A stretch of 62,575 nucleotides of DNA, filler included, from Choristocarpus tenellus KU-1152 (GCA_964200185.2; 12 parts of 12 records of this genome joined end to end with filler, not necessarily neighbours in it), one strand, 5' to 3'. Positions 13,845 to 26,272 are shown, counted from the whole stretch's first letter. Notes: generated by a model from the letters alone, not told the origin. Translations and numbers: made by a program.

Positions 13845-14146
13845 GCCTAAACTTGTAGACCGTAATTTATCATAATCCAAATGCGTTAAGGTATGTGTTT
13901 TTTATATCTAGTTCCAGTCATGCGTATGCGAGAAAAATAACTTGAGATGGTAGAGTTATATTTTATTCTCATATAACTAAGCTTACGTTATTACGTTAAA
14001 TTGTACATAGTGGACAGAGTCAGTGACCCTGCTTGAGGCGACTCTGTGCCTACCCCGAATTGGTCTCCTTATAGGGAAAAGTTCACACTAAGGCGAGTTT
14101 CACTGTTTGGGGTCTGACATACCTTCACGTGGACGATTTTAGTGGT

Positions 14147-14217
14147 GAGTGAAACTATCTTAGAGGGTACGAATTTTTCCCTGTTTGTCCATTTGTGGGG
14201 CTTGGCTTCCCATGAAT
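14147..14217 (+). mobile_element. MITE family A, left end cut by contig end
   Basis: GAGTGAAACTATCTTAGAGGGTACGAATTTTTCCCTGTTTGTCCATTTG. Confidence 0.85.
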
Positions 14218-14355
14218 NNNNNNNNNNNNNNNNNNNNNNNNNNNNNNNNNNNNNNNNNNNNTTAATTAATTAANNNNNNNNNNNNNNNNNNNNNNNNNNN
14301 NNNNNNNNNNNNNNNNNGGCAACAGGGGCCGCCTCTGAAGGTTTGCAGGGACAAA

Positions 14356-14533
14356 GACCCAAAGTATCTGGGGGGGGGGGGTGTCTACACAAGGGTGTCC
14401 ATTTGGACCAGAATCGGGAAAAGTGCATTTGCATTATCCATCTGACGTATGGCAATCAAATCACTAAAAAATCGTGATATAATAAAATTGATCTCAAATG
14501 GACAGCCGCCCACCCTCCCAGATACTCTGAACC
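14356..14533 (+). mobile_element. MITE family B, complete copy (~178 bp)
   Basis: Ends GACCCAAAGTATCT-G-run...C-rich-AGATACTCTGAACC; inner GTCCATTTG/CAAATGGAC boxes; TSD AAA. Confidence 0.85.
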
Positions 14534-14744
14534 AAACGGCATTGCCCTCATGGACACATTCCTTCTTTAATGTACACAAGGGTATAACATTCCATATGTT
14601 CGTGGACGGCTTTGGGAAGAATAGACTTCATCATCTCAACTACATCCTTACGCGACAACCCAAATGTTGCCTCCTCCAAAACTTGAGCACCAACCATACA
14701 TACAAATGGGACAATACTCTATGGATCTTGATTGGACTTCTCAG

Positions 14745-14960
14745 CTGAGTTGCCTACAATTGCTGAATGCGAGTGAGGAGGAGGATAGGGCGGGGGCAGG
14801 GTTACTAAGGCGGGAGATTATTCACAGGTCAATCATGAGGGTTGCATCATTGAGTGTGATCGCTGACGGACTGAATTTTGACAGACCCTGAGAGGATGGG
14901 ATGGTAAATGAGAACATGGACATTGTGAGCATGGTGGCTGCCAACTACAGAACAATTTAT
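14745..14960 (+). pseudogene. Exon-like segment of an unknown protein with one in-frame TGA
   Basis: CTTCTCAG acceptor, GTGAGT donor, 216 nt, phase 0/0; LSCLQLLNASEEEDRAG...NFDRP*EDGMVNENMDIVSMVAANYRTIY. Confidence 0.35.
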
Positions 14961-17270
14961 GTGAGTACGACACATGTGTGGTGGTGGAAGTTATCAACTT
15001 GATTACTTTCTGGCATTACACAAAACTTGCCATGAACACACCTCCTTAGCAGCATTCCTGGTGTGTGCTGTAGTGTAGGGATGTGCCTATCTATGACTTT
15101 CTTCTTCTCATTCCATTTCCCTTTTTGTTTTTGTGCCTTCGATTATTGTATCTGATATATATTATATTGTTGTATCTGATCGTATGCGTTTGCTGTGAGT
15201 CTATTGAAGACTGTGGAGCAACTCACAAGGGTGGTACAATATATGTGTGGTGATAAAAGCCAGAGACTTCGTCAATGATTGGCACTACATGAAATTGCCA
15301 CGGCTACACCTTTTTTGAAATGCTGGCTTGTACTGAAGTATTGCAATGTCCCTGTTGACTACTTTTATTTATATTATGTTCCCCCTCTTGTTTTGTGCTC
15401 CTGACTTGCATTCCAGTGAATGATGGTACCATTGGATGGATTTCAGATCTGTTGTCCATTCTTTCTGGGAATTGGACTTGGTGTTGTCCTGGTGTCCTGG
15501 AACATTTAGGTACCCCTTGATGTCCGAGTTTTCCCGTTTGCTTTTTGCAACTCTTCTTTTTTCTGTATTATTTCTTCTACTCATCGCATTATCTGCCATA
15601 CAACCTCTGAACATGGGTTGAGAAGATCAAGCTTGTCTGTGAACAGTAGGGAAGACTACTCAAGTATAATTATTTCAATAGTTTCCATAGCCCAGACACA
15701 CAATGCTGGAACCGGTTATACCAACCAGAGAAGTCTGTTGGACTTGTGTTAGCCCAGGATATCATCGGGTTGGTCCAGGGAACGAACCTATCAGAAACAT
15801 ATCAAACAGTGCCAGTGTAAGGACCATAACCCTCACAAACGTCGGTGGCCCAAGACTCGAGCTTTGAGAGACAAATAAAATTGTTCTGCGCAGAATTAAC
15901 ACCTCAGGTGTTCCTGACCTTACGACATGAGAAAGAGGGTCTCAAGATAAGATATTCCAAGAATTGTAGCTACAATGGATTTCACTAGCTGAGGAAGTCA
16001 TTCCTGTTCCTTACAGAATTGTGCAATATTTTTATGGTTCACACAGTGTGGTAAATGGATACACCTTTTCATGGTGGTCCTTTCCAAGCATGAGATGGTG
16101 TCACTTGTCTGCAGTAAATGTGCTCAACTCTGAAGTTCTATTGAGTAGCATGTGTAGCATCTTGTGAGACTGCAGACCATGGTGTTTTTCCAAGAGCTAT
16201 TTGTACATGATGTGACCTTGTGTAAAGGTCTCAGTGTCTGCATTGCCAACAGGATTGCCTTCTGCAGTTACCATTCAGGCGGATGGACCATGACATGAAT
16301 CAGTGGGTTAAAGAATGACAAGTTGTTTCTTCGAACCATCATTGATATGATGCGATTATAGTGTTTGCTGCAACTGCTATGGGGTGTTCTGACTCTGAGT
16401 GATGTTACCTCCAGTAAGAAAGAAGCATAGACCTTGCCTGCTTTCACTGAGCCTGATAAGGTTGGACTGGAGAGAAGAATACCCTTTGCCTGGGTGTTCA
16501 GTCCTTTATTTCCTGAGTTAATTCCGTACCATACACTGCTCATTATTTACTTTTGAGACCTGCATGTGGGATGGTATGAACTTTATTTTTTTTTTGCTCA
16601 ATAGTTTGTGGTGCCTTCAAAAGTATAGTCAGGTAAATCTGTTTGTATCTGTATCAATTCAAAGTATGTTAAAAACAAATATTCCCAGCACAGTGACCAT
16701 TGGATCTTGTAGATTCTGGCCCCTGCTATTATCCAGTCAAACAACCATCTGGTGCCTTGTTCTGGCATCTATACACTCTCTTGTCACCTTTGAGAACACA
16801 AACCCTTTAGTTTTGTGTGTTGCTTGAGGATAGAACCATGTGGAGTGTCTCATATTTGGAGTAGCTTCTAAGATGTGCACTCTCCTAAGTCTTAGAAGAA
16901 GATAGGTGTAGAGACCGGAGAGAGCAAGATATTTCCTCTGCAGCAAGTGTTGACCTTTATCTGATGGAAAATCTCTGTGTTCTATAGCCATCTCTTGGCA
17001 GAAATTTCTATGCCCTATTCCCGAGTAGTTTAGTGTCTCTATGTTTACATGGATAATTAGTAGAGGAGGGATTAACTGGTTCTGTGCTTCAAATACTCAA
17101 TATAGTAAATTGGTAAGTTAAGGATGCACACAGCAGATTTAGCAGCACAACTTTACTCTGAAGGTTACAAGCCCTACACATAGATCTCTCTCAGCCCACA
17201 GAAGTATATTGCAACACTTCAGTTGACATTTTCAACTTCTATGGTACATGTACTATTTTGTGTCTTTCAG

Positions 17271-17369
17271 GTGCCCTCTGGATTTCGTCTCCAGATAGCA
17301 AAAATGAATCTACTGTGTACATCAAAGGCGATGCAGAATTTAACAACAATGTTGCCACTGAGGCTGGAG
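17271..17369 (+). CDS. Single 99-nt exon encoding one POMP repeat
   Basis: TTTCAG/..GTGAGG borders, phase 1/1; (G)ALWISSPDSKNESTVYIKGDAEFNNNVATEAG(G), matching GGA[LI]...FxxNxA..GG. Confidence 0.7.
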
Positions 17370-17618
17370 GTGAGGTCTCAGATCTCTGAATGGTCTTTTA
17401 TTTTCAGATATCCTAATCATGACCTCGACCAATGTATTTGTTACCGCCATTTGACAGAAAATGTGACATAATTATCTCAAGTTTGCAATTTATGTGCTGT
17501 ATCAACCTGTCAATGGCAGTGACGGTGTTTTCACAGTTGCCTCCATGATTTTCTATTGGAGTTGCGATATTTTGATAATTAGTTTAATAAGCGATACCGC
17601 CTTCTATTGACTCGCTCA

Positions 17619-17854
17619 GAGCCAAAGTATATTTGAAGGTAGAGTTGCGTCTATTTGGGGGACAAGAGCCAAATGTTGCAACTTTGATGTAGTTTTGGCT
17701 ATCGTGTTTGTTAGGAAGCGTCAATATCCATTTTCCGGACACTCCTTTTCATAATGTACACATTTAACCTACTCTGAAACTTTTAAAATAGTGGGAAGTC
17801 AGGTTTAATTGGACAAACAGGGCAGAACTCGTACCCTCTAATATGCTTTCACTC
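17619..17854 (-). mobile_element. MITE family A, complete diverged copy
   Basis: GAGCCAAAGTATAT...TACCCTCTAATATGCTTTCACTC; TSD TCA. Confidence 0.88.
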
Positions 17855-18550
17855 TCAGCTGTACACATCATGTTGAGGTACACTTTTAACGGGGCATACT
17901 TGATGTCTTGTTAACACCAATTACAAGGAACCGTATTCTGCAACACTGTTCAAAATGTCTAACAACGGCTAGCTATTCGATAAGCACAGCTCTACAAAAG
18001 ATAGGCCAATGTCATCAAGTGGCATAGATTGGGCTTGGTCCTTGGAAGCATACTATAGCGTTCTGGGATCCTGCTATGACCTTGTATGGTGTGCCTGAAT
18101 GATTTGGTGCCAGCTACAATATCTACTATCACAGTTAGAGATGATGTCACGGAGCAGCTGTTGCTTTCTACAATTAATCTTCATTTCACATCATATCATG
18201 GTCGCATGGATACGCCTTTGGAATTGCAAAAGAGATCACTTCACACAATACACAATGGAGCAAGAACGTTGTATGGCGTGAATTTGGATTAGCCCGCATA
18301 TTTTCGCCTGGGTGGTATTTATTTCATGCAATATATTCCCTAACAAATTGAAGGAATTTCTTTTGGAGTTGAGCTGCAAGAGTTTCCTCAAAATGAAGTC
18401 AAGAGGAAAATGAAATGATACAACATGTTAGCTTTATAACATGTCCTGCCTTAGGTTTACAGCCATCGAAGATCCAACTGTCTATGGATCGACCTCAACG
18501 CTAAATGTCATTCAAGGGGAGGTTGCAGGATGATCAATACTTATTGACTG

Positions 18551-18730
18551 GGCTCAAAGTATCTGGGGAGGGGAGGGTTCTACACCAGGGTGTCCATTTG
18601 AATCCTGACCAGGAAAAGTGCACTAACATTATCCATCCAACACATGCAGCAAAATCACCCAAAAATTGCGACATGGAGAAATCGAACCCAAATGGACAGC
18701 CACAACCCCCCCCCCCCAAATACTCTGCCC
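18551..18730 (+). mobile_element. MITE family B, complete copy
   Basis: GGCTCAAAGTATCTGGGGAG..TCTACACCAGGGTGTCCATTTG...CAAATGGACAGCC..C-run..AAATACTCTG; colinear with 14356-14533. Confidence 0.83.
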
Positions 18731-19984
18731 TGTGAAACCAACGAACAAGGGTTGGATGGTGTGGAATCAATTGAACGGTACCTAGTTTTGATANNNNNNN
18801 NNNNNNNNNNNNNNNNNNNNNNNNNNNNNNNNNNNNNTTAATTAATTAANNNNNNNNNNNNNNNNNNNNNNNNNNNNNNNNNNNNNNNNNNNNCCCCTTA
18901 GGTGGTTTGATGCAGGTATCAAAACAACATAGGTGTCAATGGGAAATGAAGGAAATGTGTGTGCAGAATAACTGACATGAGCACTGAAAAAAAAGAAGAA
19001 ATAGTCTCTCAACAAAGAAATACTGTCTTGCAAGATGACAGTGGTGTACACAAAAAAAAATTATCTGCAAATTAGCAAAAAATGCTTCATAAGAAGTGGT
19101 TTTCTTGAGGCCTCACAACTTAGCACTTGTAACTAAGGGATTTGGTGTCAACCAAATCAGTGCCGCTTCACCTTGATCAGGGGTGAGATAATCAAACATA
19201 TCTGGTCACATGGAAAGATCACGATTTCGCTGTATCAGATACGACCACGTCTGGTCAAATCTTCAACAAGAAGAAGAAAAGGGCATAGGCAACGGCTAGC
19301 CATGAATTCTGTTAACTCCGGCAAGGAGATACAGATAGAAAAGTATGGACCATCATCTCAAAATGAGGAAAATAAGAAAATGGGAGACTCCCAATGGGAG
19401 CGCAGAAATGATGATCAAATTACAGCTGTATCGCTGCAGCAGCACCAATCAGTATATACTTGTGTATATAAAAGTCAACAGCATATCACATGGATGTTCG
19501 AATCAATTGGAAACAAAGTGAAAGAAATGAAAAAGAATAAAATAAATAAAATAAAATTGTGAACCATGGATAAACACGGGAATGGAGTTGGCCATACACC
19601 ATCACTGAAATAACTGTTCATCAAAACAGTTGTCCTCCTCATGAAATATAAAAGAAATGAAAAGAAAAATGAAATAAAACAAGTGTGCAAGAGTCATTTG
19701 TAAATAAATGAACTCGGGTCTCCACTGTTCATACATGGGTGCACATGTACAAAAAAAATCAACTTATCAAAAGTTGATACGGCCAAATAGACATCCATGT
19801 GACACATATATCAAAAGATATATATATATATATATATATGTAACAACACAACCACAAATCATTGCCTGAAACACAAATAAAATTTGCAGCACATATATAT
19901 TTGAAAATATATATATATATATATATATATGTATATCATAACTTCAGCAGAAAATTCAATGAAGTATGGAAACTTTTTCATTGA

Positions 19985-21625
19985 TCAGAATTGATAACCG
20001 TCGAAGGTTGCAAGTTGGAATGAGATTTTATCCAGACAATGTTGTTGCCTATATGCAGCAATCATATCTGCACATTGTGGCAAATCACGTGGACGATAGA
20101 ATACATCAGAAGCACGGTCATAGCCTTTAAGACGTAATCTATATTCTATGTTCATAGGTGAGAGTGAAAGTATCTTAGAGGGTACGAGTTTTTCCCTGTT
20201 TGTCCATTTGGGGCTTGGCTTCCCATGGGGTTGTATGGTATTTTGCCTACTCCAAATGTTTTGGAGTAGGTAATATGTATATGTTATGAAATGGTGTGTC
20301 CGGAACAAGGATACTCACTCTTCCTAACAAACACGACTGGTAAAATTACATGGAAATCGTAACATTGGATTTTTACCTCAAATGGACGCGGCCCTACTCT
20401 CTAAGATACTTTGACTCTGAACGAGGTCCATGGCCAAACTTGTGTCCCACAATCGCTTCAATAATGTAAGGACCAATGGTTACCGGGGATTCTAAATCAT
20501 CCAGATCTGGTAAGGGTAAAGTTCGGCCAAGAAAAAATTCACTGAGTTTCATAAAATCAGGTTCAGGTGGTTGCGTGTTTGGAATGTAAGGTTTCAAGTG
20601 GGCTAAATGAACAGAAATATATTTGATGCCACCCTGTTTACGAACACAGTAAACTACAGGGGAAATCTTAGCGGTGACAGTGAAAGATCCACACCAAGGA
20701 TGAATCAGTTTGTGATTAGGTCCGTCACGATCAGTATGTGGACGATGTACCAAAACTTGAGCTCCAACTTGAAACACAGGGAAAACAAGAGTTTCATTGT
20801 TAGCAATTTTCTTAGCATTCCGTTCTCCCAGATTGCAACGGGCTAATTCAAAAGCTAACTGTAAATTCTCAGCTGTTGATTGAGTAAACTCTTGACTAGA
20901 TTGTGCAACTGTTGTTTTAGATTGACCATAAATGACATCTATCGGTAAAATTGGCCGGCGTCCAAAAGGTAGGAAGAAAGGAGTTTCTTGTAATGGGGTA
21001 TTGCATACCGTATTGTGAGCCAATTGAAGGAATAGAACAACAGTCGCCCAATTATTCTCTGCAATGTTACTGTACATGGATAACATTTGATGCAAAGTAG
21101 AATGAACACGCTCTAAGACAGAGCTACCCTGAGGTCTGTAGGGTGTGGTTCGAGTTTTATGGTACCCAAACACTGTCTGCAATTCCAAAACAAGTTTATT
21201 TTCAAATTCCGAACCTTGGTCAGAGTGAAGGATTTCGGGTGCCCCAAATATTGAAAACATCCTTTCAAACAGAACTTTGGCAATGGTCACTTCTTGTTTG
21301 TCTGGAATGGGAATGAGAAGAGCAAAGCGTGTCAACTGACAAATAGACAAAAGAACATAACGGCAACCACGGGAAATGATTTTATACTGTACAAGATCAA
21401 CAGCAATCCGTTCAAATGGTCGAGTGGCAGGAATTTGTCCTTGAGGTAATGTAGGACGTCTGTGAGAGGTTTTTCGTCTTTGGCAAGTTGACATCTTTCA
21501 CACCACTCTCTAACATCTTTTGGAAACACAGGCCACCAATATCGGCCTCGTACCTTGTCCAGAGTATGAGAAAGACCAAAATGACCCCCCGAAGCAGGAT
21601 GACCATGGCAAGCATGCAAGACCAC
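19985..21625 (-). pseudogene. Gypsy integrase (H2C2 zinc finger, DDE core) and chromodomain, interrupted by a MITE
   Basis: HGHPASGGHFG..RYWWP..WCERCQ; RIAVDL..HSDQGSEFEN..TTPYRPQG..ERVH; YIIEAIVGHK..[MITE]..EYRLRLKGYDRASDVF. Confidence 0.9.
20162..20417 (+). mobile_element. MITE family A inserted in the gypsy chromodomain
   Basis: Complete TIRs; TSD TGA; removing it restores GPRS-PMNIEYRLR in frame. Confidence 0.93.
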
Positions 21626-23789
21626 AAAGATTGTAATTCTTTTGGAACTACTAATTTACCACGAAAAGCACGGTGTTTGCGTATATGCCCTGGAAAATAT
21701 GATCGGTAAAGCAAGTTAGTGTCAGCATCAACATAAAAATATGACATGCTATACCTCGATTCCCGGGGAGGTAAAGACACTGAATCAGGGGCTTGCAAAT
21801 ACGCAAAGTGAAGAGAGAATTGTTTCATTTGTGCGTCCTGAATTTTGGTGTGGTCTAGAGTTGGAAAGATGTTCACAGAACTACCAAAACGTTCGCGGTC
21901 ACTCTGAATTATATCTAATTCATGAAGGCGGTCTGGATATATTTCGTATGCTTGACGTGGAGTTACCGCATTTGAAATAGTATTTTCCGGAATATTCCTA
22001 CAAATAGGAGAAAGTAGTTTTGGCATACGATCAATCTCGATATCAAACAGACGACGAAGGGCATCAGGTACAACATTGTCTCTGCCAGGTTTATGATGGA
22101 CTGTAAAGTCAAAACATTGAAGAGCAAGAGCCCAACGTGTAAACATATTTATCTGTATCTTGCATGTAATACAGATAACGGAGTGCCGCATGATCAGTGA
22201 ATAAATCAAAATGTCGACCCCTAAGATATGGACGGCAGTGGTTAATGGCATGGACTACTGCTAAACATTCTTTGTATGTAGCTGAATAATTACGTTGTGC
22301 CCCATCAAATTTCTTTCTAAAGTAAGCCACAATGTGAAGTGAGGTATTCGTTGGATCATCTGAAGCCTTTTGAGCAAGAAAACCACCACTACCCAGGTTG
22401 GAAGCATCCACATGTACCACAAAAGATTTTGAGAAGTCTGTATAGTGTAAAAGGAGGGCCGATGTTAATGCCATTTATATTTTTTCAAATGCATTATCGT
22501 GAAATGATGTCCACGCTTTTCCAATTTCACCAGAAGGACGAGAGATGGATTCTTTACGTGTAAATTTTAGAAGGGGTTCTGTCAGATCTGTATAATGTGG
22601 GATGAACTTTCGACAAAAATTGCACATACCAAGGATAGAACGAATTTCCTTTATCGTTCGGGGAGTGGACAGGTCAACAATAGCTTGAATTCGAGCTTTT
22701 CCAAGACGTACCCCTGCACTAGAGACAATGTGACCAAGGTATTCAACTTCTGCTGGACCAAACTTCAATTTAGAAGGTTTTAAAGTGAGGCCAGCATTTT
22801 GAAGGGCATTAAAAAGCTTTTCAAGCAAAGTTATATGGTGTTGCCAAGTGGTCAAACAAAGAATGAGATCATCCATGTAACATAACAGACCTGACCCCGT
22901 GCCAAAATCAGGTAGAACTCGAGCCATCATGCGTCGAAAAATGAATAGAGCATTGCTCAAACCAAAAGGAAGTCGTTTCCATACAAACTTGCCTTTTTTG
23001 GGTGACAAGAGCAGTCTTGTCAATGTCTGCTTCCACCACAGGAATCTGATGATATGCTGATTGAACATCTGCAACAGAAAGAAATTTTGCTGCACCAATG
23101 GAATCAAGATGTTCTTCAGCTAAAGGCATGGGCCAAGAACGTTCAATTAGGTGTTTATTTATAGCCCGCCGATAATCAATGCAGAATCTTGGGGTCCCAT
23201 CTGCTTTAGCAACAACAGTAACAGGGGAACCCCATGGGCTAGAACGAGGTTCAATTAATCCTTGGTTTTGTAAATCGTCAACACATTTATCAATAATACC
23301 TCTCACTTGTGGACTGGTACGGTATGGTGCTCTACTAATCGGTCTGGTACCTCGAACCTGGTACCTGGTTAGAGAGGAAAATCGGCTTCTGCAATGGGAG
23401 TGAAAGTATCTTAGGGTACAAGTTTTGCCCTGTTTCTCCATTTGGGGCTTGGCTTCCCTCGTTTTTTTTTATGACACTTTCCTACTCCAAAATATTTCGG
23501 AATATATATATATATAGGTAAAATGCATACATTATGAAAAGGTGTTTCCGAAACAAGGATATTGACACTTTCTAGATTACTATGATAGCTGAAATTACAT
23601 AAAAATCGCAACGTCGGAGTTTGGCCCCCAAATGGACGCGGCTGTACCCTCTAAGATACTTTGATTCATGGTGCAAGTTCCCAATTCAGAGGTATCGAGG
23701 GAAAATACTGAACGGAATTTGGCACAGAGATTCAGAGTTTCTTGTATTTGAGATGAAGAGAAAGTAGAGTTGATAAAAGCAGGTTTCAA
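21626..23789 (-). pseudogene. Gypsy reverse transcriptase and RNase H (several frameshifts)
   Basis: PYRTSP..SPWGSPVTVVAKADGTPRFCIDYR; DVQSAYHQI; LPFGLSNA; YMDD; YLGH; VDASNLGSGG; YSATYKECLAV; TDHAAL. Confidence 0.93.
23398..23667 (+). mobile_element. MITE family A inserted at the start of gypsy RT
   Basis: Complete TIRs; TSD ATGG; removing it plus 4 bp restores ELGTCT-IAEADFPL. Confidence 0.93.
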
Positions 23790-24029
23790 CGCATTATCAA
23801 GACGCTCTCGATCAGGTCCGGATAGAGATGTTGCAGAAATATTGTGAGATTGTTTGGTATTGATTATGTGTGCAGGGTAGATGTGACCAAGTAAGTATTC
23901 TTGGGTAAATGAACTGCTTGTGAAGACATATTAGCCATTTGTACTACCCCTGATCCATCATCAGAATCCCATGTTGGAACTCTCCGAGCAACAGCAATAA
24001 ATTGCCAAGAATCATTAATATTTAATTAA

Positions 24030-24647
24030 TTAAATATCATGAAATGAACAGATACGTGGTTCTACAACAGCATCACAAGTTACAGAGGGGTTTTCCTCAC
24101 TTACAGCAGATACAAGCGTTTCAGATTCTGGTGGTATGGAATATTTTTTTCCTTCAAACGAAATGGGGTAGAAGGAACTTTTTTTTTTTTCTTGTATAGC
24201 TGCTATTTGAACAGGGAATGACATATCAAAAGAAGGGGTAGTACGATGAGTGGCAGGTAAGACAGTTGCACTTTTTTGGAATGATAACCTTTGAGTTTTC
24301 CAGTCATATGTCGCTCCAAAAGCATCAAGAATACTGTTACCAAGCAGAACATCATCAGGTCCTAAAGTGGGCAACACTAAAGCTTCAACTGGGATTGTAA
24401 TATCAACTAGTTGAAGAGAGAACCTGATAAATCCCATGATGGTCAAAGCACTGCCATCTGCAGAACAAAGGTTGATTGCACCTGCTGGAATTGATTCAAT
24501 ATGGGAATTCTGGAGCGTGGGGTGGAAAACTATAAATTTGTGAGAAATACATGGTGTATCACTCGCAGTGTCCAAGGTCAAGGAAGCTGGTTCAGAATTA
24601 ATTTTTCCCTTCACACATGTACGTTTTGATGATGACTTTATACACAA
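24030..24647 (-). pseudogene. Gypsy aspartic protease
   Basis: LTLDTASD catalytic motif and VLLGNSIL (ILG-like) motif, in the expected position upstream of RT. Confidence 0.8.
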
Positions 24648-24699
24648 AGGAAGAGATGTGTATTGTGATAATGCACCGGAGTACCATGAAAATTATTTT

Positions 24700-26242
24700 T
24701 ATTATTATGACTCTGATCTGGACCTGAAGGAAAATTAGATGCGAAGCATGTTTATCCTGGATATGTTGAGGAATAAACTGTGCTTGTGGAGCCAATGCTA
24801 CAATAGACGAATCGAGTTTCGCTCGTTTTACAACCCCATCGACTCTTGTACTAGAACCGACTTCAGACCCAAAAGAACTACAGGGGCTAATGTCTTCTGG
24901 GCCCCATCAATTCCTACTGTACTTTCTAGCTCTAGCTTCCTCTATCTTCTTCTGCTTCTCCTCTTCCGTAACTCGGGGCGGCGCTCCCGGCATGTCAACA
25001 TAATCCCTACACCATGCCCATTCATGGTTTTTGGACTTCTGTTTACAGTGGGGGTTCTTGCAGGTAAAACGATGTGACGCACGGTCTTCTTGTCGACGTT
25101 TTGCTCCTCTTTGATGACCATGAGTAGAGGGCGTCCAAGGGGGCGTCGAAGAGGCGTGTGAAGAGGTGTGATTGTTGTTTGAACATCAAATAAAATGTCG
25201 ATTTAAAAAGTTCGAACTTCTCGCTCGAGCCGCTTATTGGTTGCTTGAAGTGCCGCAATTTTAGCCGAAGGAAACGTAGGCTGTGCGGCGTGACCAGCGG
25301 AAACAGCAGAGATAGCAGTCGTAACAGTCGACGGAATCGAAGAGACAGGGGCAAGAGCGTGGGCATGTCTTTTTCCCGTTAGATTGTTGGCTTCATACGA
25401 CGTTTTGCGCGAGTGATAGCTTCAGGTAATGTGGAAGCGAAATCTTCACTGAACTGTTTTAGCTGAAGATGGGGTTGTAGTCCACCTTCAAAAATGGCAA
25501 TCGCAATTTGATCAATATATTTACGATCGCTTGAATCTGTAGATGAACGGTCAACAGCTGTAGTAAATCTACCAAGAAGGTGTCGAAATCGAAGGGCATA
25601 TGCTTCCAAGGGTTACATCGGATTTTTGAGAAATATTAGCCCACTGTCTGCCCCAATCTCCCAACGAATTCGCGTGACTGAATGTGATAATAAAAACCGC
25701 AGATAATTGATCCCATGTTTTAGGGGGTACAATGGGAACAGGATCGGTGGAGTTATTCTGCACTTGAATGGTACGCAATTGTGCAAGTGGGCGCCACTCA
25801 GCTTTGCCTTCCATACTCTGCAAATGTAACATATTGGCATTTGTATCCAAATCAAAGGCAAATAGGCCATACATGCCCTATCAATAGTTGACTGGTCACG
25901 TTGTGATTCATGAAGTTGAAGTGTGACGTGCATACGAAAACTTGTCAGAAGAGTTGGTACATCAGTTGTAGTTGAAGGCAGGCGCATATCTTTAGGAAAA
26001 TTCGATAATGACATTGTCGGCAAGGCCATAATGGGGGCAGTTGGAGGAGATTGCCTTACATCAGTCATGTCCCTCGTCTCCGTCAAACTCCAGATGAGTT
26101 CCATGTTAGGGGGACGTCTCTCCTCCACTGCGGTCTTAAGTTCGTCATTGATCAAATTGATGCATAAGTCTCCAGTAGACGACGTCCCTGACTGAGTAGA
26201 CAATGATGCTGATGGTGTTGGGATAGACCTTGTGGTAGGCAC
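24700..26242 (-). pseudogene. Gypsy gag (frameshifted)
   Basis: KTWDQLSAVFIITF, EAYALRFRHLL, FEGGLQPHLQ, TLPEAITRAKR (retrotrans_gag pattern); Cys/His knuckle at 25009-25062. Confidence 0.75.
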
Positions 26243-26272
26243 ATGGGCAGACTGCGAGACAGGCGGGGTCGG

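Noticed and set aside
15700-17000. Coding-like eroded stretch
   Set aside because: No motif could be assigned with confidence by eye
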